DNA from: Iphione sp. A-MEVVRFRX5
Taxonomy: Eukaryota
DNA length: 64,000 nucleotides
Assembly: GCA_976226885.1 (NCBI GenBank)
Contig: OZ320316.1
Location: 92,442,001-92,506,000, forward strand
Reading direction: 5' to 3'
Below, in pieces: positions 1-10,400 of the stretch (the stretch's first letter is position 1; every line of letters starts with the position of its first letter). The notes under the pieces are model-generated. The model was not told the DNA's origin. It worked only from the letters and a program-made list of their open reading frames with translations, and did not search any database. Position numbers and translations under genes: made by a program.

Positions 1-593
1 ATGCGTCGGTTGTGATGGCCATGAATAACAGACCCTATCCATGGTGTCGGCATGTCACGCTCTGCGTTATGGGCTGCGAACTCATTGTTGATGTCACATA
101 TGGCATCGTTGATAATATACTGGTTCGGATCATCTACCAGGGGGTTGATGAATGGATTTCCATTATATGTATTGAACATTGTCAAGTTTTGGCCCGAAAT
201 GGTCGCAAATGCGAAACGGCTGGGCCTGAACCTGCGAAGCAAAGCGTTCTCTGCACACATGATCGACCATCGCATGTTCTCGTACAATTCCCTAGGCGAA
301 TCCGCTGCCGGCAATATTTGGCGAATTGTTGTGCCGTTCGGTAGATCAAAATGTCGATTCAACACAGTCAAGTCATTAGATCCTGCTAGAATTATAATAA
401 TCGGGTTGGCACTCGTGAAGTTATGCTGCACTGCTTTATCCACGACTTGGAGGAGATTTTTTCCCGGGAAAAAGAACACGTTCACCAGGAAATATTCCTT
501 CCATAGATCATAATCGAGGTATCTCCCATGAGAGTCAGAAAAAACATAGAGATCACTAGGATTGGTATCTCGAATTTCCCGTACTACTGCCAT
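1..593 (-). CDS. SGNH/GDSL-family esterase, 3'-partial (at least 197 aa, open to the window edge)
   Basis: Manual translation from ATG at 593: MAVVREIRDTNPSDLYVFSDSHGRYLDYDLWKEYFLVNVFFFPGKNLLQVVDK...PIIIILAGSNDLTVL...WIGSVIHGHHNRR, with no stop to base 1. Block I SDS (Ser codon 531-533), block II FPG, block III GSND (372-383). Block V DxxH would be outside the window. Confidence 0.8.
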   Translation of the reverse strand, partial: MAVVREIRDTNPSDLYVFSDSHGRYLDYDLWKEYFLVNVFFFPGKNLLQVVDKAVQHNFTSANPIIIILAGSNDLTVLNRHFDLPNGTTIRQILPAADSPRELYENMRWSIMCAENALLRRFRPSRFAFATISGQNLTMFNTYNGNPFINPLVDDPNQYIINDAICDINNEFAAHNAERDMPTPWIGSVIHGHHNRR

Positions 594-603
594 GTTCTAC
601 CTT

Positions 604-2571
604 TTAGACTTCTTCGTGTAGTTCGTCACGGAGGTTCATGAGCAAATGGCCCAGCTGGTTCGTTCCAGTGTAGTTACCCTCTTCAATAAGAGGTGATCGT
701 AGTCCGCACCCAGCACCCCAAAATTTATCTTGGGTCGCTTCAATCAACATGTGATCTCCTGTGTCTAATAGCCGATCACGTAGGCTATTGTTTTGGACGA
801 ATTTCTCACGTAGTATTTCTTTCATAGTGTCCACTCTGTCCCCAGTCCAGGTGTCATCGAGTACAATCGTTGCTGCTTTGGCCTTTATTTGAACTGGCTC
901 TCTGAGTTGAAGTAGCTCAGCTCGTTTCGGTTCGTCGCTCACATGCATAGCCTTGGCCACCGCGAAGGCCTGTTCTGCACAATTAAACATTGTACCTCTC
1001 CATGAGAATTCGCAGGGAAAAAAATTTGATAACGGGTGGTGTTTACCAGCAAAAGCTAAACCCACCTCGTTCAGCACCTCGGAGGAACTCTCCAATGAGA
1101 GGTTTGGGGGTAACTTGTGTAATGTTGTGCCAGTATAGGTTCGTCCTTTTATGATAAGTCTATCATTTTCCAATTTCGCTGGAATACTTAGAGATTTGGC
1201 TCGCAGAAACACAGAGCGGAGATCTCCCCGTGCGGCCCGGTCAACTGAAGTTAAGTCGTCATTTAGCCAGACACCCTTTTGCTCCTTCAGTTTCGATTTA
1301 TTTCTCATAACATTTTGTTTGTATGACGTTTTGGTAAAACTGACCAGGATATCCCTCGTACGCCCTTCCCTCTTAATCCCTAATCTGAAACAGAGATCAA
1401 TGTCTTGTCTAGTTAGAGATGGGACAGTCTTAGTGAGAGTTGACATAACGTTGGTCATTAGGTCATCATTTCCTTCAGCTGTTGATTCAGCTAGGCCAGT
1501 TATAATAATATTATTTTTCCTTTGTATCCTGTCTCTTTTCCTGTCATTAGCCTCACATGCGGCTAAGCGTTCCTTCGTTAGGTTAAGTTCGCACCTATGT
1601 GCCTTGGTATCTAACCTGAGTGTTTCGACTTCTGCTTGGAGTTTAGCTACTGCTTCACTACACGAGCATGTTTTAGATTTGGACTGGGTCGATGACACCT
1701 GGTCCCGAAGGGCAGCAATTTCTTTAGCATTGGTTTGGGTCTGACTTTCCAATTGTTTTACCAGGGCAGTAGTATCTTTATTACTCTGTTCTATAGTCTC
1801 AGTCCATTTCCTTAGGTCATGGGCCAGTGACTCGTTGCGTTCAGTGTTTGTCTGAATTGAGGCAGTCATGGATGAGAGAGTATCAACGATTGCGGTCATT
1901 TGGTTAACAAGTCCCGAGAAGTCAGTGTTGTACACAATCGGCTGAATCGGGTCGGTGTCATTGTCAGGTTCTCCTTTATTCTTTTTGGGTAGAGAAAAAG
2001 GTGGTGGAGATTCCCTGCTTCGTTTGGTATTTGGCGTGTCAACTATCTCACTGATATTAGCGTTATTGGATATTAGATGGTCGTGGGCTATCTTTTTGAG
2101 TGAATCGGGAGTTTTCCTTATATCATCATCCACTACTAGGATGGAGTCCTTGTTTCCTTCGTTAGTGTTGCTTGTCTCATGGTTTGGTTTAATTTCTGAT
2201 TGTTTGGAGGCATTTGTTGGGGTAGCTGGCATCTGATTATCAATAGAAGCTGGTATTTCGGGATTCACTGTAATGTGCGAGGTGGTGACAACAGTAGTGT
2301 GACTGTCCGTGTTATCACTGGACTTGCAATGGTCTTTTATCATTTCAATTGAGGTGTTAGTAGGGCTAGTTTCCCCTAGGTTGACCGTGATATTGTCTAA
2401 TGGCAATAAAATGCTCTTGTCGTTTAGAATTGGCGCTGGGTGCGAGAGATTTTCAGGGGTAGAACAGATCGGCTGTGTGCTGCACGTCATGGGTGGCAAC
2501 TGCGAATCTAAAATTAGATCACGCAGTGTCGCGCCTAGGATAACGCTCTGGGTTGGTATATTTTCGCTCAT
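604..2571 (-). CDS. LINE ORF1p-like protein (low-complexity N-terminus, coiled coil, RRM/CTD) fused to a C-terminal NADAR domain, 655 aa
   Basis: Heptad region ~aa215-350. RKNNIIITGL...IDLCFRLG...RTRDILVSF...GVWLNDDLT...RLIIKGRTY (aa351-~480) fits an L1/CR1-type RRM+CTD. aa505-655 has LSNFF, AEQAFAVAK, KFVQN, LLDTG, LIEATQDKFWGAG and GTNQLGHLLMNLR, the NADAR/YbiA motifs. Confidence 0.88.
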   Translation of the reverse strand: MSENIPTQSVILGATLRDLILDSQLPPMTCSTQPICSTPENLSHPAPILNDKSILLPLDNITVNLGETSPTNTSIEMIKDHCKSSDNTDSHTTVVTTSHITVNPEIPASIDNQMPATPTNASKQSEIKPNHETSNTNEGNKDSILVVDDDIRKTPDSLKKIAHDHLISNNANISEIVDTPNTKRSRESPPPFSLPKKNKGEPDNDTDPIQPIVYNTDFSGLVNQMTAIVDTLSSMTASIQTNTERNESLAHDLRKWTETIEQSNKDTTALVKQLESQTQTNAKEIAALRDQVSSTQSKSKTCSCSEAVAKLQAEVETLRLDTKAHRCELNLTKERLAACEANDRKRDRIQRKNNIIITGLAESTAEGNDDLMTNVMSTLTKTVPSLTRQDIDLCFRLGIKREGRTRDILVSFTKTSYKQNVMRNKSKLKEQKGVWLNDDLTSVDRAARGDLRSVFLRAKSLSIPAKLENDRLIIKGRTYTGTTLHKLPPNLSLESSSEVLNEVGLAFAGKHHPLSNFFPCEFSWRGTMFNCAEQAFAVAKAMHVSDEPKRAELLQLREPVQIKAKAATIVLDDTWTGDRVDTMKEILREKFVQNNSLRDRLLDTGDHMLIEATQDKFWGAGCGLRSPLIEEGNYTGTNQLGHLLMNLRDELHEEV

Positions 2572-2771
2572 GTTGACGAAAAGGTACAGGCGGTTGCAAT
2601 AATTATCTCCAATGAGACTTATAATGCAGTATAACCCCTATAAAGTATGGTCGCTACGAACACAACACTCTAATGAATGTTTACTCACAGTATTGGAGCA
2701 CAGGTCCTACCATAAGAATCCTTATTCCAAGATTTTTGTAGACCGCGCCTAGCAGTACGTCCACTCTACTC

Positions 2772-2792
2772 GGTCGCCATCGCACCAGCTCT
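2772..2792 (-). promoter_or_regulatory. Putative internal-promoter 5' end of the element with a YY1-like GATGGCG motif
   Basis: GATGGCG at 2781-2775 on the minus strand, ~200 nt upstream of the ORF1 ATG; resembles the ATGGC YY1 site at L1 5' ends. Motif match only. Confidence 0.3.
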
Positions 2793-3888
2793 AAAATAAA
2801 TACCTGTTATGTGAGAACTAGCATCATTATTCGACATTGGATAGCAGAAAAAGCCGTTTATTTAGTCAACACAAGCCAGCTACCAGTCTGTTAGCGTTGT
2901 TCTGCTTACACGCTTGGAAGCCTAAGTAGCTGAGTAAGCTACTTATAATGTGCTGGAACCAACCGGCCTGAAGTGGTCGGTCGATGGTTCTGGACCTAAT
3001 TATCCACCACAGACCGGCCGCTCTGGCAACATTTTAGGAAGTGGGGGAGGCAGGCCTATATAAAAATATTCATCCTATGTTGATCTGCTTCGGCCTCCGG
3101 GTCTCAACAGTATGAGTGGCGGTGAAAAGTAGTTTAATATACTCTACGACGGAGGATTGTGCTGTACTTTTGTCGGCACCTTGTTTCACGTAAATAAGAG
3201 ATTAATTGACAGGTCGGTTTTACGACTGTCCTGTCATTCTACTACACATTCCAGGTACAAATAGCTGCAAATGCACATTGAAAAATTGGTCCTTTTTTTA
3301 CGTGCCAAGATAAATTTTATATAACTATAGCTTTGTATCAGAAATATAGGAAGTATAGATATCAATGCTCAAGTGAGTTAAAAAGATGATCTAATATACC
3401 AAATAGATAACTATTTATTTTGAAGTAAGAAAGAAACTGGAGTTTTAAGGTGAGGCTAAGCAGGAGGGCTGACAGAGAGGGAAACGCAGGAAAGTACACA
3501 ATGGTGGAGAAACCGAAAATATGCATCTGCGAAGTAGCAATCGTTAGGGACATGCGAGTTTAGGGTGCAAAACATTGATTTAAATGCATTGCATTGATTG
3601 AAATGCATTGCATTGAGAAATATAGGCGACAAATGAACGCCTTAAGTCAGGGAGCCCGGAACTCGCTATTCTATGCCATACAAATATGTATACACTCTTG
3701 TTAGCACAGATAAATATGTATTTCTCTACCCACTGCGTTGTATTTCCTACGTGTGGCCACGCCAAACACTTAATCATTACCAATAGTGGACGAACAACAC
3801 TGCCTGCTGCCACACTGAGATGGGCGTAGGGTGGGGGTTCCTTGGAGCCCGTCCAATTACATGACGTGGCTGCAGCCACACCTATGAG

Positions 3889-3908
3889 GTGTGTGTGTGT
3901 GTGTGTGT
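3889..3908. repeat. (GT)10 microsatellite
   Basis: Directly visible. Confidence 0.95.
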
Positions 3909-4466
3909 TTATGTGAATTTATGTATGTGTCGAGGGGTGGGTGGATGGGTGGAGTGGGTGGACGTTCCATAGGCTCGCAAATCCATCGGTCTCCGTGCGC
4001 TGAATTAGGGCAGATAACCTCAACTGGCATGTCACACCAGGCAGGTCCACCTCCTCCCCGTCTCTGCCTCTGCCCTCGGGCGTTTTAAAACGTCGCTTTA
4101 CAATAAAATATTAATAATAATCAGGACTATAGTCATGTGTCACAGTAGGCTTGACTTTAATATGTTTTAACTACGTTTTGATATAAAGAACGAGTTTAAT
4201 TACACATTGAGGACATGACAGAGTTATACAATAGAGCCATACATCATGACCTTCCTTATACCAGTCCAATAGACAATAGATGAGTCTGAGTAATGATTAT
4301 CAAATAAAACTTTTTTTGAGATGTTTGTTATGTAGAACCGGTTGACCTTGATGGGACATTGAAGACCACTGCCTGCATGATTGATGCCACTGTGACTACA
4401 GACTGTGGTTTATGCTATTATTATGTTATATTTTTTCCGCTTGTATTGTCTCTCCTGCCACCTCAG

Positions 4467-7400
4467 ACAAGCCAAGCCAGGGCAGTTCACGCCCGACGTC
4501 CGCTTCGAAACGTCGACGTCGTCAACCCCGCCTGCCAGAGGACGCCACCAGCAAACGCGCGCGGACGCAGAGCTCGGAGGAGTACATCACTTCCGACAAC
4601 GACAGCGTCTACTCGGAGGACTCGCTGCTCTACTCGGACGAGCGCGTCCTCGACGACGACGCCGCCGCCGCTGGCGCTGCCATCGTCGATCTAACAACTT
4701 CCGACGGGCAGGAAAGAGCAAGCGCAGACCGAAGCGTCGGCAGTATCGAACCCGGCGGTACCGCCACGGTTAACTCCTGTTCCGCTATCGTCAGTGACAT
4801 CCGGCGATCCATCGACGGCTTGACTTCCGCTCTAGACGCAGAGGACGATCATCTGTATCCGGTTATGTTTAGCAGTCCAGTTACGCCATCGAGTATGACC
4901 GACGCTGCTTCCAGGGACGACCGCCAAAGAGTTGAGGGCCAGCGAACAAGAAGCACATCACACGGGGATTCCCAATCTGCTGCAGAGGGAACAGAAGAAG
5001 CTGGGACTCAGGAGGCGGCTATAGAAAGGAAAGACCAGGAATCGTCCGTAAGAGAAGAGGAAACATCAGTACAGAGGGATAGAAACATAGGGGATCAAGA
5101 CAATGCTAGCCAAAGTCTACAACGAGGGAGCAGTGGTGGGGATAAGGAACCTGCTCATAAGAGGCCGCACGGCGACTCCAGCGACGGTGATGAAGAGAAG
5201 TCTCATAAAAGGCTACATCGAGACACAACTGATGATGAAGCATCGCCAGAAGAATCATCGCACTATGGGGATAGTCAGACGACTGGTGTAATGTCACAAG
5301 CACAAAATGCATCTGGGGAACAAGATCCTTTACAAATAGGGCTACATGGGGCTACGTATGATGGGGAAGGAGAAACCTCACGTGGAATGGTTGAGGGCGT
5401 CCAAGAAACTGCTGAAGAAATATCACAAGGGCATGCTGGTGTAGACATGAATGTTCAAGGGCTGAGTGAAGATGGAGACAGTAACATTCAATACGGGGAG
5501 CCATCCGGTAGAGATCCACTAGCGAGTGGGGTCAAATCACACGAAGATGAGTGGGAAGAAGGCTCAGCAGACGAGATTGACGATATAGTGATTGCAGATC
5601 AGTCTGCCAGGTTGGAGACAGCAATTCAAGAGGACGTGTTGAAAGATGAACCTGAAAGTTTGGGTCATGGCTCCATATTACCTTCTGCAAAACATTTAAG
5701 CGTTATCTGTGATAGAACGGCGCGGGACGTCGGCACACAACGACTTCCCGCATCTGGTGACGTGTCGACGATCGGCGACGGAACTGGAAATGTGCTAGAG
5801 GAGAAAGAAGTCTCTTTGGCGAATAAAAGTAGGAAACAAGAAACTGGTGCTAATCTCAATACAAAAGGAGTGGAAGTAGAGGTGGTGACCTCTGACGATG
5901 GTCAAGGTCGAGGCCAACCTGCTGGTGTACAGACAAGTGGAAGTCTACAAACAAAAGCGGAAGAACAAGACGAGAGGACAGTAAAGGGTGAATATCAAGG
6001 AGAAAGAAGTGATCAGGCAGGAGTGTCAGAAGAGAAATCCTGGGTAGTGAGACCTAAAGAAGATCACGTGGTGACGACGTCTGCACCAGCAGACGGGCAG
6101 ATGAAAGGTCCAATCACAGAGGTGGGAGATCTTCAGAAGGTGTCCACATCCGGTAAAACAATGCCGGAGGAGCCGCTATCAGTGTGTGTCATGTCAGGAA
6201 TGGGCGCCGACGATGCGACGATGGCAGCGCCTTCAAGCGGTGAACCATCGCCGAACGACTCGGGTCTGTCGGACTCCGGCGTGAGTCTCGACAAGGAATC
6301 GCCGACACACCGGCCGCGGCATCTCCAGGAAGGCGGGAACGACCTTGTCGATCAGGGCAGCGCACTTCCGGAAAATGTCGGTCTCAGAATGAAACATCCG
6401 GAAGAGGAAGTATACGACCTTGCCGGTCAGTTCATTGAGGGCCCTGGCGGCCGAAAACACATTGTTGCCCCGCCTACTGGACACGACGTGAATGTCTTCC
6501 ACGTGGCCGATGACGTCACACCAGGAAAGCTAGTCGACGAAAGTGAACGTATCGCTGAGCGTGTCTGTTACATCAAGGGACCCGTGCTAACTCCACCGAC
6601 GGCAGGCGATGGTAACACCCCGTACGCGCCAGTATCCATCAAGATCACTACAGATGGCGGTGAGTCGACGACCCAGATTGGCGAGTGCTCGCCGCTGTCG
6701 CGCTCGTCGGTCGACGGCGACGTCTCCACCAGTGATGTCGATCTCGTCTTCAGTCCCACAGAAGGGGAGACGGGACAGGAAGTGCCGATGACACAAGGCC
6801 GGAGCCGCCGGAACCGAGATTCCGGGTACTTCAGCCTACCGCGCACTTCTCTGCCCAGCTGGGAAGCGAAGCGTAGCACGGACGGAACATCACTCACCGA
6901 GTCGGCCTCGGAGTCGGACGACCTGTCAGAAGAACTCATGCGTGGGGACCTCCACCTGCGGCAAGTTGCAGAAGCCAAGGCACTCCGAATTCCATCATCC
7001 AGTCTTCCTATGACATCGGGTCTGCCGAGACAAGTGGGAAGCTCTACCGATGATATCAGTGCCAGTGAGCTAGACCAGTCTCTCGACCCTCCCAGTGACG
7101 TCTCGACCTCTGACGTCACACTTACATTAAGTGACGTCACATTGCAAGAACCAAAAGACGTGGCTGATGATCGAACTGCCGTGATCCCTGTTAAGAGTAG
7201 TGTACCTGCAGATGAGAAGAGAACGTGTGAAAGTGTAAAGTTGGATGAGGAAAGCACGGGTGACCATGATAGGATACCTGTGGAATACCCAGCAGGAGAA
7301 TATCCACCACACGAGGCTCTCAAAGGCAAGCATCCAAGAACCTCTGAAACCACTGAGCTGAAGAAAGATCATTCCGCAGGAAAAACTGATGAAACCGCAT

Positions 7401-10400
7401 CCGACGTCCTGGTCTCAGATCTGCGAAGCCCCCAAACTGAAGACGTTGGTATGTTACAATTCAGTACATCTGAAGAGACGGGCATTGCAAAAGATGACGA
7501 GACATCATCACATGACATAGGCAGATCTCATAAGAAGCAAGGAAAGAGAACAGAAGATGATGTCTTATCAACGGCTGTCCCAGAGAGTGAACGTCCATCA
7601 GAAGAAGGGTCTCAGGAGAGGCAGCAAATCATTACATCAACTCCCACCGTGGACATCGTAGGCAGTGATATCACCGGGAGATCGGTGGATGGAAGAACTC
7701 CAGGTGCTTCCCAGGTTGCCCTAGAAGGGGATGTGTCAACAACTACACCAGCTGAGAATGTCCAAGATTTGATATTAGCAGCAGGAACTGTGAATATAAC
7801 ACCAGGTGCAGTTTTGGAAAAGCAAGAACGAAGCACACAAGGAGATGGTGAAGGAGTTGCTATTATAAAGGAAACACCAGAGTACGTAGCAATACCCATC
7901 ACTGACGAAGAAAAGACCAGAGAAAATGGGTCAGTGGCTATCACAGAAGAGGAAGATCTATTAAGGCTGGCTGCTCAAGAGAAACACAGATCAACATCTG
8001 CACCCATTGATAAGGTCAAAGAAGATCACTCTGCGACGACAAAGGTAGAAAGTGAAACTGAATACCCCTCTGGCATGGAGTCTGATAAGCTACCTGCAGA
8101 CATTGTTCTGATACAAGAAGATGTGGGAAAGCAGAATCTTGCCACAGAATCCGACATCAGTGAGGAAAAGGTTGCAGAATATGAGAACAGCTCTGTGACC
8201 GTGACACCAAGTAAATATCCATCAGAACAAGACGCAAAGGTTACTTCAGTCATATCGTCAACACCCACTGAGAAGGTGATAGTCCACAAATCTACAGTAA
8301 AGGTGGCTGAAAACATTACTGAAGAAGCTGATAATGTGGGGTCAGTTGTAACGACCACAGGAGATGTAGATGCTGAGAAACATCTCATTAGGGTTGCAGA
8401 TTCTGCCATAGTGCAGGATGACAACTTAAGGCAGAGTGATGAGGTTGCCATGGACATCAAGGATAAAATGGCCACAGAATATGACAGCACCTCTGTGGCA
8501 GTGACAGGAACTGAGTATCCATCAAATGAAGCTGCTGAAATGACACAAACGATTACATCAACACCTACTGAGAACATTGCAGACCATCCAAATGTGAGCG
8601 AACTGGTCCAAGACATCACTGAACTAACTGCAAGTGTGGGATCTGTGGAGGCACCAACTGAAGGAAAAGTAGATAGTGAAAAAGCTCTTGACACAGCTGG
8701 AATTCCTGTTTTAGTGCAGGAGAATGAGACAACGCTGGATAGTGAGATATTGTCTGTCAGCAAAGGGGAAAAGAGTACTGAGCATGATAGCACCTCAGTA
8801 ACAGTGACATCAAGTGAATACCCATCAGAACAAGGTGCAAAAGTGACAGAAGTTGTATCATTAACACCTACTGAGAAGACCATGGACCATTATTCTGATA
8901 GCAAAATGGTGGAAAGTACAATAAGAGATGTTCCTGATGTGGGATCTGTTGTGGCAACTGAGGCTGGAGAAGAAGATGATGGAGACGGCCTGGCCATGGC
9001 TGCAGAGTCCATTATATTAAGAGGTGATGAGCAAACACAGAATGGTGATATGGTGGCTTACATCAAGGACACGTTGAGTGAAGATTATGACAAAACATCC
9101 GAGACAGTAACCGCAAGTGAATCTCTGTTGCCAGTGGTTGTGGAAGAGAAATATATATTACCAGTACCTCCCACTGAGACCATCACAGATGGAATCTCTG
9201 CTATGGAAATAGCGGACAGTAGTATCAGCGTCAGTCCCCAGGTGGAACCAGGTGTGACAATAAAAGTAGATGCTGAAAAACCTGTTACAAGATCTGGAGA
9301 GACTGTCACACAGAGAGAAGAGGACATAACACGTGGTGCTGACGCGCAGTTTGGCATCTTGGAGGGAACGACTGCGGGGCAGGACTTTAACATCGCTGAA
9401 GCTGCCAGAGATGTGGAATATTCATCAGAAAAGGTCACAAGAGAAAACCAGGTGATTACATCGACACCTACGGTCACTATAGAAGATCATACTCCGAGAA
9501 AACTGGTAGAAGATGGTGCTGAAATATCTGTGAACGTGGGGTCTATTGGGTTAACAGAACAGGCAGTAGATTTTGGAACGTCCTTGGTTATGTCTGGCGA
9601 AACCGTAATCTACAACGAAGATGAAAAAGCACCCGCGGTGTTCAACACTGGGGAAGTAAGGATCACCGATAATCAGTCTGAAAACATAACACCTAGAGAC
9701 GATCCATCTCAACAGGTTCTAAAAGAAACAGAAGAAATGTCCCCTGCCATTGATAATATCAAAAATGCGCATTCCACAGGAGAAATTGAAGGCGGTACTG
9801 AAATTCATGATAAGATTGAGTCAGATGATAACAGATTGAGGGCAGCAAGACATGCGGAAAAACTGCTTCAAACATCGGCAGAAGTTGTCATACTCGAAGG
9901 AGGTGAGCACATCCTTGAAGAAGTGAAGAATGCTGACATCGAGAAGGGACAAATCAGAAGCTACGATCGCATCCCTGAGACTGCCACAGAGACTGAATGC
10001 CCCTCACAACAGGTCGCCAACGAGGAAGGAGCAGTTGCATCAACTGTTGCTGAAAACATCACGGACAGCCAATCTGGTATGGCACAAATTGAAGGAGGTG
10101 CAGAAGCTACATCATCGTTTGTCTCAGATTTGCTTGGTCCAGAAGTCTGTATCGCAGGGAAAACACAGGAAGAAGAACGAAACCTGAACAATTTACTTGA
10201 AGGAGGCTTATCACATCAGAGCCTTACTGCCGAAAACATCATCGTGCCGCCCTTAGAAGGTGGTCCTGTGGTCATTGCAACTACAGCTGATATCAGCACA
10301 GTACCTGATGTCGTCACAGAAACATCCCGTGACGTTACACCATCACCTGGCGTCATTGAAATAACAGATGAAGGCATCACATCTGCTGAGTCCATTCTAT

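Larger units (their letters stand above)
1..2792 (-). mobile_element. 5' part of a non-LTR retrotransposon-like element (ORF1p-NADAR + esterase ORF); 3' end and any ORF2 lie beyond the left window edge
   Basis: Two intronless, stop-free tandem ORFs 10 nt apart. ORF1 has LINE ORF1p architecture, and esterases are known CR1/L2 ORF1 modules. A ~220-nt leader starts GAGCTGGTGCGATGGCG next to an AT-rich flank. The 5' boundary is inferred; no EN/RT or TSD is visible. Confidence 0.7.

Noticed and set aside
12-513. Plus-strand ORFs 12..344 and 52..513
   Set aside because: Antisense shadows of the minus-strand esterase ORF; no motifs of their own.
4412-4466. ATG at 4412 as the start, with a signal-peptide-like MLLLCYIFSACIV
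   Set aside because: The segment is a T-rich polypyrimidine tract ending in a consensus acceptor; the hydrophobic look comes from translating intron sequence.
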